Both the position numbers and the translations under genes were made by a program. Of a stretch of DNA of 64,000 bases, positions 38,412 to 48,074 are shown in pieces. The DNA comes from a virus (Duplodnaviria; Caudoviricetes): positions 41,183 to 105,182 of IMG/VR virus record IMGVR_UViG_3300010163_000010. The stretch is one strand, 5' to 3'. How positions within the stretch are numbered: position 1 is the stretch's first letter; every line of letters starts with the position of its first letter. The notes under the pieces are model-generated. The model was not told the origin of the DNA, searched no databases, and worked only from the letters and a program-made list of their open reading frames with translations.

Positions 38412-39415
38412 TGGAACTTGAACGTTTGCCGAAGATCTTTTATTACCTGGAGATAGCTAAGGCTGCCTCCAGGCGTGCTACTTGCCTGAGGAGGCACTAT
38501 GGTGTTGTAATCGTGAAAGATGATGAGATCGTCTCCACCGGTTACAACGGTGCTGCTCGTGGCATTGAGGATTGTCTTGAGCGAGGCACCTGCACGCGCA
38601 AAGAACTCGGTATCCCCAGGGGTACCAACTACGAGGCGTGCTTGGCCCGTGATACCAGGATTATGTCTCCGGCTGGATCTCATCTGAGCATTGAGTGGTT
38701 CGCTAATGCTAATGCGGCCGAATTTGACGTATATGCGGTTGATCCTGATACCGGTAAGTTCGTCAGAACTAAGGCCGAGCGTGCATTTAAGACCAAAGAT
38801 GTGATGCAACTAACACGGGTGCATTTTGATCACGGTGGATATGTCGATTGCACCGAGGATCATCGCATCATGATGTCTAACTTCACGTACAAGGCGGCTA
38901 GCGAGCTTAAACTTGATGACTTGGTAATGGGTATGCGCTATGTGTCTGTTATGGGATGTGCGCCTCATGCCGACATTGTTCCGCTTAGGTACACTCATAA
39001 GGTTACTAAGCTTGAACACGTCGATTATCGCGGTCCAGTGTATGACATCACTGTTCCCGAGTATCACAACTTCGCTATCAATCTTGGCGACATGAGCTGC
39101 ATATTTGTGCATAACTGCCGGTCTGTGCACGCAGAAGCCAATGCCTTGATCTCGGCTGGACGCAAGCAGCTTATTCACGGCACGATGTACCTGTATGGAT
39201 GGGACGTTGAAGCTCAGCAAGTTGTTCGTCGGCCTAATGTCTGTATCATGTGCAGGCGGATGATCATTAACTCCGGCCTGGATCAAGTTATCTATGCCGA
39301 TCCTGATGGATTAGCATACAATAAAGAAGTTGGTTATGGCTATCGGGCAGAGAATATCTCTGATTGGGTTAAGGCTGGCGAGCCTGCAATAGAGCCTGGA
39401 AAACCGGGTTATTGA
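38411..39415 (+). CDS. dCMP deaminase (ComEB-like) interrupted by a mini-intein
   Basis: RATCLRR, STGYNG, VHAEANA and CIMC motifs flank an inserted Hint domain. Confidence 0.9.
   Translation: MELERLPKIFYYLEIAKAASRRATCLRRHYGVVIVKDDEIVSTGYNGAARGIEDCLERGTCTRKELGIPRGTNYEACLARDTRIMSPAGSHLSIEWFANANAAEFDVYAVDPDTGKFVRTKAERAFKTKDVMQLTRVHFDHGGYVDCTEDHRIMMSNFTYKAASELKLDDLVMGMRYVSVMGCAPHADIVPLRYTHKVTKLEHVDYRGPVYDITVPEYHNFAINLGDMSCIFVHNCRSVHAEANALISAGRKQLIHGTMYLYGWDVEAQQVVRRPNVCIMCRRMIINSGLDQVIYADPDGLAYNKEVGYGYRAENISDWVKAGEPAIEPGKPGY
38639..39115 (+). mobile_element. Mini-intein (159 aa, no homing endonuclease)
   Basis: Block A CLARDTRI, block B CTEDH, block F VYDITV, block G FVHN/C; removing it restores NYEA-CRSVHAE. 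Confidence 0.9.
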
Positions 39416-39423
39416 TACCTTCC

Positions 39424-39435
39424 AACAACAGTATA
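39424..39435 (+). promoter_or_regulatory. Late-type promoter AACA-ACAG-TATA
   Basis: Matches RACA-N4-TATA. Confidence 0.7.
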
Positions 39436-39466
39436 ACCCAATCGAATAGAAAGGCAGGTATCTAAG

Positions 39467-40063
39467 ATGGCCATGCGCATTGCCGATTTCTGCATTGAAC
39501 AGGTCAAGGCTAAAGGCTGGTTTTCTATTGCCAACCTGTACTTCGATAACTCTTACTGCATCTTCCCATTCACACAGGCCGGCCGCGTGTGTTATTCTCC
39601 GTCGGCCGACGTTTTCTTTTCCACAAGCACCATCGACTCGGTGAATACCCAGCATATGATGTGGTATTATCTGGCTGAGGCAGATGACCGGCATTTGTCT
39701 TTGTACCAGACGTTCACTTGTACCGGTGGGGATCATCTGCAGCATTTCGATTCTCATCTGTTTAACTACTCTCGGCAAACACCTTCTGGGATCGATGAGT
39801 TCCCAGTTCCTACGCTGCCCTCTGAGGCTACGGTAAAGGGATACACTCTGGACGAAAACGGTCAGTATGTCTCTGGCGGCAGGCATGAAGAGATCTGCAT
39901 GGAAGATGACCGCATTATCTCTGCGTTGGATTTGTACCCTGAGCGTAAATCGTTGTATGATTACATTGGCGTTCAGATCGGCGGGTACCAGGAGTTTATC
40001 AAGAATCACGAGGTCTTTTGCAAGGCTGTGAACAAACACTTCAATCTCTCGGACTGTATTTAA
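39467..40063 (+). CDS. Hypothetical protein
   Basis: 198 aa ORF downstream of a late-type promoter. Confidence 0.75.
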   Translation: MAMRIADFCIEQVKAKGWFSIANLYFDNSYCIFPFTQAGRVCYSPSADVFFSTSTIDSVNTQHMMWYYLAEADDRHLSLYQTFTCTGGDHLQHFDSHLFNYSRQTPSGIDEFPVPTLPSEATVKGYTLDENGQYVSGGRHEEICMEDDRIISALDLYPERKSLYDYIGVQIGGYQEFIKNHEVFCKAVNKHFNLSDCI

Positions 40064-40076
40064 ATACACGCCAACA

Positions 40077-40188
40077 AACAGTCATATAACCCTACTGTAC
40101 TATGGTGTGTATTCTGGGAAAGTCTTTTCCGGGTACATATTATAGTAGTGAGATGTAGAGGTGCATAGCCGTTGGCGTGCACCTCTGT
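40077..40188 (+). promoter_or_regulatory. Tandem late and early promoters with a 5' hairpin
   Basis: AACA-GTCA-TATA at 40077-40088; TACATATTATA at 40134-40144; AGAGGTGCA/TGCACCTCT hairpin at 40157-40186. Confidence 0.65.
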
Positions 40189-40243
40189 CTTCTCTTCCCG
40201 TCCACGGATAAGGGTTAGACAAATTTTACAGGAGGAATGATCT

Positions 40244-40879
40244 ATGGGCAAGAAGAACAAAAGCTTGAAGTACTACAGGGACTACGGCAACAAGAAGAAG
40301 AAGTCCAAGAAGAGCAAGGGTGGTAAGAGCTACTACGGCAAGCCCCAGTGCAAGGATGTCAAGCTGACCCTGGACAAGAAGGATGTCAAGGAGAACCGGA
40401 AGATCGTCATGAGCCCGGTCGACATCCCGGACAAGTTCGCCAAGAATCGGGCCAAGTGCAACCACGCCGGCCAGATGATGAGTGTCGACGACTACAAGAG
40501 CCTCACGCCGAACTATGCGGCGTACACCCCGATGCTGGACTGGGCGGTTAAGAAGTACGGTGCCAACCACGTCCACGTCTGCCGGAGCTGCTTCGACGTT
40601 GTGGTCGATCGCGACGTTGTCGACAGCGACAATGTCATCGACGCCTTGACCACGCTGTACGTGGCTGTGAACGTCGCCGTGAGCAACAAGCGGATGAAGG
40701 ATGATGAGGTGAAGTCGTTCAACAAGATGAAGGGCCAGCTGGATGACTTCCGCCAGCTGATCGAGGTCTTGGGCGAGATCAAGCTCTGCTCTCAGCAGAA
40801 CGGCTCGGGTTCGAATCCGACAGGCGTCACCGCCGGCACGCCGGTTAACGCTAACGACGGCAGCGTGTTCATGCGCTAG
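40244..40879 (+). CDS. Basic protein with a putative Zn site, probably highly expressed
   Basis: Lys-rich N-terminus; CNH...CRSC; strong codon bias; AGGAGG RBS. Confidence 0.85.
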   Translation: MGKKNKSLKYYRDYGNKKKKSKKSKGGKSYYGKPQCKDVKLTLDKKDVKENRKIVMSPVDIPDKFAKNRAKCNHAGQMMSVDDYKSLTPNYAAYTPMLDWAVKKYGANHVHVCRSCFDVVVDRDVVDSDNVIDALTTLYVAVNVAVSNKRMKDDEVKSFNKMKGQLDDFRQLIEVLGEIKLCSQQNGSGSNPTGVTAGTPVNANDGSVFMR

Positions 40880-40892
40880 ACATGCATACAAA

Positions 40893-40920
40893 ACGGGGTC
40901 CTTCGGGGCCCCGTTCTTTT
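40893..40920 (+). terminator. Rho-independent terminator
   Basis: ACGGGGTCC-TTCG-GGGCCCCGT plus T run. Confidence 0.85.
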
Positions 40921-40970
40921 ACTCTGCGTATGCGTATACGGCAGTCCTATTGTATTTGTATCGTATGACA

Positions 40971-40982
40971 AACAACAGTATA
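40971..40982 (+). promoter_or_regulatory. Late-type promoter AACA-ACAG-TATA
   Basis: Matches RACA-N4-TATA; upstream of gyrB. Confidence 0.65.
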
Positions 40983-41024
40983 GAAACTCAGAATAGTATG
41001 AGTTTAAAGGAGTGAGAACCGCAA

Positions 41025-43397
41025 GTGGCAACCAAGTATGATGCCAGTTCGATTGTTTCGATTAAGGACGACCGGACAAGGCTGAGACTGCGTCCTACGC
41101 AATTTATTCCCAGCACCTATGCCGATGGTGCATTGCACATTATCTTCGAGATCATTGATAACTCGATCGATGAGTTGTCCATTGATGATCCCGTTGGTAA
41201 TCACTTGTCCGTGACCTTCGACGTTAAGACCAAGGAGGTCACGGTTATCGATGATGGCCGCGGCATTCCGCAGGAGCGGCTGCTTGAAGTGTGCACAGTA
41301 CTGAATACCTCGGGCAAGTTTAACAACACCGAAGAGACTGCCTATGCGCATAGCGGTGGTACGTTCGGCGTTGGATACAAAACTGCGGTGTTCCTTTCCA
41401 AGACATGTGAAGTGACGTCTATGCGAAAGGGCAAATCATTGACGTATAAGTTCAAAGACGGCCTCTTGACTGATACGATCAACACAAAATGCAAAGAGCA
41501 TGGCACCATGACCAAATTCACCATCGATAACGATATCATCGAGATCAATGGTGTTTCGGTTGAGGACATCAAACAGCGGCTGTATGAGAAAAGCTTCTGC
41601 TTCCCTGATATTTATATCGTGTTTACGATACTGGACGACGGGAAAGAGGTTAAGACTCATACGTTCTTTGGCAATACCTTGCTCGACTTAGTGAAGAAGG
41701 ATAAGCCGGATACCGAGATCATCCAGGTGTCTGATTCCCGTAAGGTTCGATTGTTGAAGAACATTGCCGATGATGACATCAGTGAGATTAAAGTAGTGAC
41801 TGAAGCGGCTTTCGCGTTCAAAGATGGTGCTCTTGATGCTGATACTGATACCTTCATCACAAGCTATGCGAATAGCATTAAGACCTACGATGGTGGGTCG
41901 CATGTTGAGGGGTTGAAGCTTGGCATTGTGAAGTTCTTTAAGGAAGTCGTTGTTCCTAAGTTTGGCAAACGGGACAAGGGTTTGCCCGTTATGCCCAGCG
42001 ACATCACTTCTGGTCTGTGTGGTGTCGTTAGTGTTAAGCTCAATAAACCGGAATTCAGCGCTCAGCACAAGTCCAGGCTGACCAACACTGAGGTAAAGTA
42101 CGCGGTCAGGGATGCCGTGTTCGATACCCTCAGTGAGCAGAAGCCGGCTGTGATCAATGCTATCGCTGATTTCGTCAAACGTGTCACCAGAGGACGCATT
42201 GCGTCCAAGAAGAGCCGAAAGAAGGATGTCGACAATGCATTCTCAAATGACCGGATTGTGATGTATACCCCGATCATCTATAACATGAAAACGACTTCTC
42301 CGGAATTGGTGCTCGCAGAAGGAAACTCTGCGGCATCTGCAGCAGCCACTGCCAGGGATCCGAATAACCAGGCGATCTATATGGTTAAGAAGCCGAAGAA
42401 CGTCTACGATGTTGACATTGATGACGTGGCCCGGACGACCCTCGGTGTGTTCAACAATCTGTGTGACATCTGCAACATCGAACCTGGCAAAAAGTGTGAT
42501 CCCAGCAAATCCACTATGCAGAGGATTCTCATGCTGACCGATGGTGATGTCGATGGTGATAATATCGCTGTGTCAGTGGTTGCGCTCTTTGCTAAGCACT
42601 GTAAGCCGATGATCGATGCGGGTATGATCGGACGCATTCTGCCTCCGGCGTATTCGTTTACGACTAAGAAGGGCAAAACTCGCTTTGTGCGATCTAAGCG
42701 TGAGTTCTTTGATATCATCATGAATCGCTTTGTGTCCGAAGTAACGGTTTCGCTGAATGGGAAGAAGATGACCAATAAGCAGCTGTATGCTTTCCTGGAT
42801 CATAACTTTGAATACGACACCGATCTTGAGGCACTGAGTGATTGGTTCTGCTGCGAGCCCAAGGCCATGGAGTATATCATCTGGAAGTACCATGGAGACT
42901 ACAAAGAGCAGAAGAAGTCGTACTGGATGACCGCTATGAAGAGGTATAGCGATATCCGGGTTCTGCTGGAGAATGGTTCGGTTGTTCTCGATGGTGAGCT
43001 TCCCGGTGGTAGTTTCATCAACATTGCTTTTGACGAGAATTTCGATAGACGTATTCGGGAATTCAAAGTCAAGCAGTCCGCGAACAGCGAGATAACCGGG
43101 TATAAGATTGGGGATTCGGATGACAAGAAGACTTTGTACGATGTGATGCACATGTTCCGGGGCTATATGCCGTCCGGGGTTAAGCGTTACAAGGGACTTG
43201 GTGAGCTGGATACGGCTGAGATGCAGGAACTCTGTATGAACCGGGATAAGCGAACGGTCATCATCTTCAAGTTCAAAGACTTTGAATCCGACATGGATAA
43301 GATTGACATCATCATGTCCACGAAGGCAGAAGCAGCAGAGGCCCGTGCGGACATCGTCACATCCATTCGTTTGGCCAATCGTGACCTGGACACCTAA
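41025..43397 (+). CDS. gyrB: Type IIA topoisomerase subunit B (GyrB/ParE-like)
   Basis: EIIDNSIDE, DDGRGIP, SGKF, SGG.FGVG, GGSHVEG, EGNSA, TDGDVDG, RYKGLGE. Confidence 0.92.
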   Translation: MATKYDASSIVSIKDDRTRLRLRPTQFIPSTYADGALHIIFEIIDNSIDELSIDDPVGNHLSVTFDVKTKEVTVIDDGRGIPQERLLEVCTVLNTSGKFNNTEETAYAHSGGTFGVGYKTAVFLSKTCEVTSMRKGKSLTYKFKDGLLTDTINTKCKEHGTMTKFTIDNDIIEINGVSVEDIKQRLYEKSFCFPDIYIVFTILDDGKEVKTHTFFGNTLLDLVKKDKPDTEIIQVSDSRKVRLLKNIADDDISEIKVVTEAAFAFKDGALDADTDTFITSYANSIKTYDGGSHVEGLKLGIVKFFKEVVVPKFGKRDKGLPVMPSDITSGLCGVVSVKLNKPEFSAQHKSRLTNTEVKYAVRDAVFDTLSEQKPAVINAIADFVKRVTRGRIASKKSRKKDVDNAFSNDRIVMYTPIIYNMKTTSPELVLAEGNSAASAAATARDPNNQAIYMVKKPKNVYDVDIDDVARTTLGVFNNLCDICNIEPGKKCDPSKSTMQRILMLTDGDVDGDNIAVSVVALFAKHCKPMIDAGMIGRILPPAYSFTTKKGKTRFVRSKREFFDIIMNRFVSEVTVSLNGKKMTNKQLYAFLDHNFEYDTDLEALSDWFCCEPKAMEYIIWKYHGDYKEQKKSYWMTAMKRYSDIRVLLENGSVVLDGELPGGSFINIAFDENFDRRIREFKVKQSANSEITGYKIGDSDDKKTLYDVMHMFRGYMPSGVKRYKGLGELDTAEMQELCMNRDKRTVIIFKFKDFESDMDKIDIIMSTKAEAAEARADIVTSIRLANRDLDT

Positions 43398-43411
43398 GAG
43401 GAGGAAGACTA

Positions 43412-43768
43412 ATGAAGATTGTCGATAAGAACGTCACCAGGAACAGCATTGTCTCGATCACTGTGTTGTTGGAGAGTCCCACGGATAAGGCCGCTTACGA
43501 CAAGATCGATGTGGTCAAGACTTGCCCGCACTGCGGCAAGCCGACCAAGCCGGCTCCGGACTCCTACAAGATCCTGATTCACAACCCGCTTACCAAGCCC
43601 ATCCCGGGCAGTCCGGTTGACCTCGGGGAGATCCACACCAAGTGCTCGTCGTGTGGCAAGGAGATCGTTGATGCATCGCAGTATGATCTCTCGGCGTTCA
43701 ACGAGGTCACCCAGTTCCTTGATCAGCTGAGGGATGCGGCTAAGAATAAAGTGAAAAGCCGGAGGTAG
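43412..43768 (+). CDS. Small Zn-ribbon protein between the topoisomerase subunits
   Basis: CPHCGK...CSSCGK; GGAGG RBS; strong codon bias. Confidence 0.8.
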   Translation: MKIVDKNVTRNSIVSITVLLESPTDKAAYDKIDVVKTCPHCGKPTKPAPDSYKILIHNPLTKPIPGSPVDLGEIHTKCSSCGKEIVDASQYDLSAFNEVTQFLDQLRDAAKNKVKSRR

Positions 43769-43778
43769 ACGTTAAGTT

Positions 43779-46421
43779 ATGGCAAAACGCAAGAAACAGG
43801 AACAGAGCAGTGGACCAATTAAACTCATACCGATTCCTGGCGGTCGGTATGAGCAGTTCCTGCACAGGAAACGTCAGAAGGAGATCAGGCAGATCCCCAA
43901 AGACTCGTATGACTATCTGACTACTTTGGTGGATATCAACGGCAGTGTTAACATCGAAGATATGTCGGAGGTTGGTGTCGGGGATTACACCCTCTCCAAA
44001 GGTCTTATCCACGCGATGAATATGAACGTTGGCCGGCAGATTCCGTGGATTGAGGATGGTCTCAAATCTGTTGAGCGCCGGGCACTGTATGCAATGTGGG
44101 TTGGCGGCTACTACGGCAATAAGAGCATCAAAGTTGCATCTGTTGTAGGTGCCATGATTGAGAAGTATTACCCTCATGGCGACAGAGCGCCGGCTGACAC
44201 CATATATCGTCTGGGACGATCCAAGACTATGATGTTGCCGTATGTGCGGCCCAAAGGCAACTATGGTAACATGCAGGATTTGGAACCGGCTGCATCAAGA
44301 TATGCTGAAGCATCTTTGAGTGATTATGCCAGAGATTGCTTCTTTGGTGATATTGGGCCCAGGAGACCGCTCTATGATGAGCGTGACACCTATGAGTACA
44401 CCAGCAAAGAGCCTATCTATCTGATCAGCCGGTATCCGAATATTCTGATGCAATGGAACTTGGGTATTGGCAAAGGAGCTGCCAGTTGGCTCGGTGCTTT
44501 CAATAGCATTGAATTGATGAAGGCGACTCTGGATCTAATGAAAGACCCCAATGCGGTGATTGATATTTATCCGGATGCCCCAGTGCCGGTAAATATTGTG
44601 AATAAGGATGAACTTGCAGGGTGCTTTGATCGAGCTAAGTTCAAAGTGATGATGCGTGCTCCTTATCACACAATAGTAGATCAGCGCCGGTCTGGAAACA
44701 AGATTGAGGACAAGTTAGCTATTGTCTTCACGGCACTGCCTCTTGGCGTAGTTGGTAATCAGATCGCAGATGAGATAACCCGGATCAAGAAAGATGAAGC
44801 CAAGAAGGCATCCAAGCGACTCCCCGAAGTGCTGAATGTTGAGATTGCTGTGGACGATGTATCCCCAGGTGGCATCGAGATCATTGTGGAGTATGAGCGT
44901 GGGTATGATCCGCATGTGTTGGCCGAAAAGCTCTATAAGTCCACATCGTTGGGGAAGACAATCGGCGTCAACTACAATCTGATCATTGATAATATGCCGG
45001 TTGTCAAAACGCCTCGGGAAATACTGCTGATTTGGATTAATCAGCGCTATGATCAGAAGCGTCGGTATTTTCATCAGCTGGTTATACAATCGGCTATTGA
45101 TCGTGCCACCTATGATGCCCTGGTAATGGTTCTTAGCACTTCTGATGCGACCGATAAGGCCATTGCGCTGATCAGGAAATCCAAAGACAAGACTGCCGCA
45201 ATCGAAGCTTTGCAGAAAGCATTCAGCATGACCAACTTCCAGGCTCGGCAGGTGATCAAGATCCCTCTTGGTAACCTGTCCAAAATGAGCATCACCGAGG
45301 TTATTCAGAAGCGTGATGAGGCGATTAAGTCCTATAAGCACTATCGGAAAATGCTCAGTGACGATGGATCTATCCAGAAGGCGGTCTATGATGAGGTTGT
45401 GGCTGGCATGAAGAAATATGGAAAGCCGCGAGTCGCGAACCTTATGAATTTGGAGAGCGAGGGTGTTGGATCGGATACTGATACAAAGTATTTGATCTAT
45501 AATTCCGAGTATTACTTCTGTGTGGATAAGCCGGAAGATTTACCTGGAATCATTGATTCGTTGAACAACACCTATCAAATGGTTCAGGTTCAGAATTCTG
45601 ATAACGTCCTGGTGTTTACCCGTGCAGGTAAGTTAAAGATTCTTAATGGCTATGCATTTAATCTGACGGATACCGGAATTGCTGTCAGTACCCTCGGGAT
45701 CAAGGATATCGCTAGTATCGTGAACGGCAACCCAACCAGAGAATATATGGATCTGGTGATGGTTACTGAGCAGGGATACGGCAAGCGCATATCATTTGCC
45801 GAGGCGACCAAGTCCGTTAAGAGCAGCGTCATTAACCTGAGCACCGGAGATTCCCTTGCAGCGGTGATTCCGGTGAAGACAAATAATCACCCGGATTCGA
45901 TTATTGGGATGATTCAGGGAGACAAGATGTATTATTTGCGTCTTGACAGCTTCCCGGTCTACAAGAGAGCCTCTGCCGGCAATCGACTCATCAAGGGTGT
46001 AAAAGATCTTCAGATCACTGGAGCAGTATACTTTGACGCCACCGATGGGTCGAACTATATGCTGATCTACGGGGAATCTGGATATATCAAGCTTCTTGAT
46101 ATGGCGTTCCTGTCGTTTGCTAAGCGCGGCAATAACTCGGTGTCCCTTCAAGGTAAGAAGATTATCGGCGCTGCGCTGATTCACGGCAAACCTAAAGCGT
46201 TGTCGAATCATGACCCCGAGGCAGATACACGGTCGGAGTTTGACGACAGCGTTATGTTGTACTGGGGCAAGGGCAAACTGGAAATCAACTTGCAGATCGG
46301 CAAGACTGTGCTGTTCAAAGCTGCTACCGGCGAGACACAGAAGTTCAAGATGTCAACATCGATTGGCAGCCCGGTAAAAGTTCTGAAGGTATCCAAAAAC
46401 GAGTGGTACCATATTCAGTAG
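43779..46421 (+). CDS. gyrA: Type IIA topoisomerase subunit A (GyrA/ParC-like)
   Basis: DGLKSVERR, YYPHGD, GNYG, AASRY (catalytic Tyr), GIG.G; C-terminal pinwheel-type repeats (VTEQGYGKR). Confidence 0.92.
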   Translation: MAKRKKQEQSSGPIKLIPIPGGRYEQFLHRKRQKEIRQIPKDSYDYLTTLVDINGSVNIEDMSEVGVGDYTLSKGLIHAMNMNVGRQIPWIEDGLKSVERRALYAMWVGGYYGNKSIKVASVVGAMIEKYYPHGDRAPADTIYRLGRSKTMMLPYVRPKGNYGNMQDLEPAASRYAEASLSDYARDCFFGDIGPRRPLYDERDTYEYTSKEPIYLISRYPNILMQWNLGIGKGAASWLGAFNSIELMKATLDLMKDPNAVIDIYPDAPVPVNIVNKDELAGCFDRAKFKVMMRAPYHTIVDQRRSGNKIEDKLAIVFTALPLGVVGNQIADEITRIKKDEAKKASKRLPEVLNVEIAVDDVSPGGIEIIVEYERGYDPHVLAEKLYKSTSLGKTIGVNYNLIIDNMPVVKTPREILLIWINQRYDQKRRYFHQLVIQSAIDRATYDALVMVLSTSDATDKAIALIRKSKDKTAAIEALQKAFSMTNFQARQVIKIPLGNLSKMSITEVIQKRDEAIKSYKHYRKMLSDDGSIQKAVYDEVVAGMKKYGKPRVANLMNLESEGVGSDTDTKYLIYNSEYYFCVDKPEDLPGIIDSLNNTYQMVQVQNSDNVLVFTRAGKLKILNGYAFNLTDTGIAVSTLGIKDIASIVNGNPTREYMDLVMVTEQGYGKRISFAEATKSVKSSVINLSTGDSLAAVIPVKTNNHPDSIIGMIQGDKMYYLRLDSFPVYKRASAGNRLIKGVKDLQITGAVYFDATDGSNYMLIYGESGYIKLLDMAFLSFAKRGNNSVSLQGKKIIGAALIHGKPKALSNHDPEADTRSEFDDSVMLYWGKGKLEINLQIGKTVLFKAATGETQKFKMSTSIGSPVKVLKVSKNEWYHIQ

Positions 46422-46436
46422 AGAGAATATTCGAGA

Positions 46437-46496
46437 TATATACTATATCGGTGAAGTGAGGGGACGTGTTCAGTAATATGCTGGGCACGTCCCCTC
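46437..46496 (+). promoter_or_regulatory. Early-type promoter with a 5' leader hairpin
   Basis: TATATACTATA at 46437-46447; GAGGGGACGTGTTCAG/CTGGGCACGTCCCCTC at 46458-46496. Confidence 0.7.
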
Positions 46497-46520
46497 CTTA
46501 CATTTACAACAGGAGGTTTC

Positions 46521-47861
46521 ATGATGAAAGGCATTATCATTAACAGCCAGACCAGTGCGGCTATGCTCTCCACGTTTTTGGAGGCGGCTGTACCGCATCT
46601 GAAGGTGGAGAACATCTCCGCCGGCCAGAAGTACTATACCTTGGCTGTCGACAATGGGGTTCTGCGGCTGAACCACGGTGTCAAGGTTGGCATTGAGCAG
46701 TGGGGCACCAAGCTCGACTCCGACTTCGCCAAGCTGCCGCTGTTGCCTCTGTCGATGGGCCAGGAGATGGTAGAGAAGGTCATCAGTAACTCCAAGGGCG
46801 GCATGTTCGATGTGAACAGCCCCGACCAGCTGTATGAGTACTACTCAGTGATCTCTGAGAATATGATGATCGTGGTTGATCCTAAGCTCGCGGCTGGCGT
46901 TTGCGGAGGCAAATTCAGGATCTATCGGATTCCGGCGAGTATTGTTGATAGTGAGTGGGCTGTGGTATCGGTCTTGCGTTATGAGGGAGCTACCGTCGGG
47001 ACTCAGCAGTATAAGACGTTTGGTGTTGAGTGCTATGACGAAGAGGATCTTTGCTGTATTGATAGGTGGCTTGCCATCAACTGCGGTGCTCGTACGATTG
47101 AGGAGGCCACGGGTATCAAGCCCATTTACGAGGGCGACTCTCTGCTCAGTGCATACTATGCCTTGCAGCTTATCACTGATGCTGGGCAATATGAACCCAA
47201 TGATACCGAGATTGAGTATCACTTCGGCCCCGGTTGGGACAATGCGCATCAGGCCAAGAAATTAAGCCTTGCCATTGGGATGGTACCCAAAATGTGCGGG
47301 TACACCCATAATGATGACGAGGGAACTGGTCGTGCGTTTATGGGTATGCTCTATAGCGAGGATGGCATCGTTGCCCAGTATATCGCGGGTTATCACATGC
47401 CCACCGAGGAGCAGCTCAATCAGCTCTATAACATGCATTACCAGATTGTGGATTTGATGGTTGCTGGTAAGTTGGAAAAGACCATGCCGGATTACACCGA
47501 CAAGTTCGAGTCGTATATCCAGTATACCGGCACTAACCTCTCTAGCTGCATTGCTATGTTAGTGGACCTTACCGATGATGCTGTATCTGCAGAAGACAAC
47601 GTGGATATCGATGAGCGGGAATCCAATCCTGGTAATGCTGCCATTGCGCAGCTTGAACGCTGCGGATGCTCGGAGGTCTACTGCAACTTTGACATCGGCA
47701 ATACCGAACATATCACTGGCGCGGTGTGCACGCCTGACGACGAGGACGACGAGGACGAGCCGGAGAAGTTCGTGAGGTCTGCGTGCCCGTTTATGTATCC
47801 CTGCTACGGGATTAACTGCAAGGCCATCGAGGCCAGGGACGATGAGGACGAAGGCGACTGA
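46521..47861 (+). CDS. Acidic early hypothetical protein
   Basis: 446 aa; AGGAGGT RBS; Cys-rich acidic C-terminus. Confidence 0.8.
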   Translation: MMKGIIINSQTSAAMLSTFLEAAVPHLKVENISAGQKYYTLAVDNGVLRLNHGVKVGIEQWGTKLDSDFAKLPLLPLSMGQEMVEKVISNSKGGMFDVNSPDQLYEYYSVISENMMIVVDPKLAAGVCGGKFRIYRIPASIVDSEWAVVSVLRYEGATVGTQQYKTFGVECYDEEDLCCIDRWLAINCGARTIEEATGIKPIYEGDSLLSAYYALQLITDAGQYEPNDTEIEYHFGPGWDNAHQAKKLSLAIGMVPKMCGYTHNDDEGTGRAFMGMLYSEDGIVAQYIAGYHMPTEEQLNQLYNMHYQIVDLMVAGKLEKTMPDYTDKFESYIQYTGTNLSSCIAMLVDLTDDAVSAEDNVDIDERESNPGNAAIAQLERCGCSEVYCNFDIGNTEHITGAVCTPDDEDDEDEPEKFVRSACPFMYPCYGINCKAIEARDDEDEGD

Positions 47862-47864
47862 TAC

Positions 47865-47971
47865 CGGAACCCACCAGCTTCAGTAGCCAGAATTCCATTC
47901 TGTACGGTTGATCCTGCTGGCGTTGTCATCGGAGGAATCGGTATTCCCTTACTATAAATCGTCGCCGGCGG
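47865..47971 (-). repeat. Half-copy of the dispersed element (matches the right half of the 18.1 kb copy)
   Basis: - strand CCGCCGGCGACGATT...ACTGAAGCTGGTGGGTTCCG, 107 bp, the same length as 18173-18279. Confidence 0.75.
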
Positions 47972-47980
47972 TAGAAAGGG

Positions 47981-48020
47981 AACGGGCAGGGGTTATTTAC
48001 CTGCCCGTTTCTTTTTCTTT
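47981..48020 (+). terminator. Rho-independent terminator
   Basis: AACGGGCAGG/CCTGCCCGTT plus T run. Confidence 0.85.
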
Positions 48021-48021
48021 G

Positions 48022-48033
48022 GACATCACTATA
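48022..48033 (+). promoter_or_regulatory. Late-type promoter GACA-TCAC-TATA
   Basis: Matches RACA-N4-TATA. Confidence 0.7.
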
Positions 48034-48074
48034 GTAAGATGCTTTAAGACAGGTCTTAGGGTGGTGATGTTACA

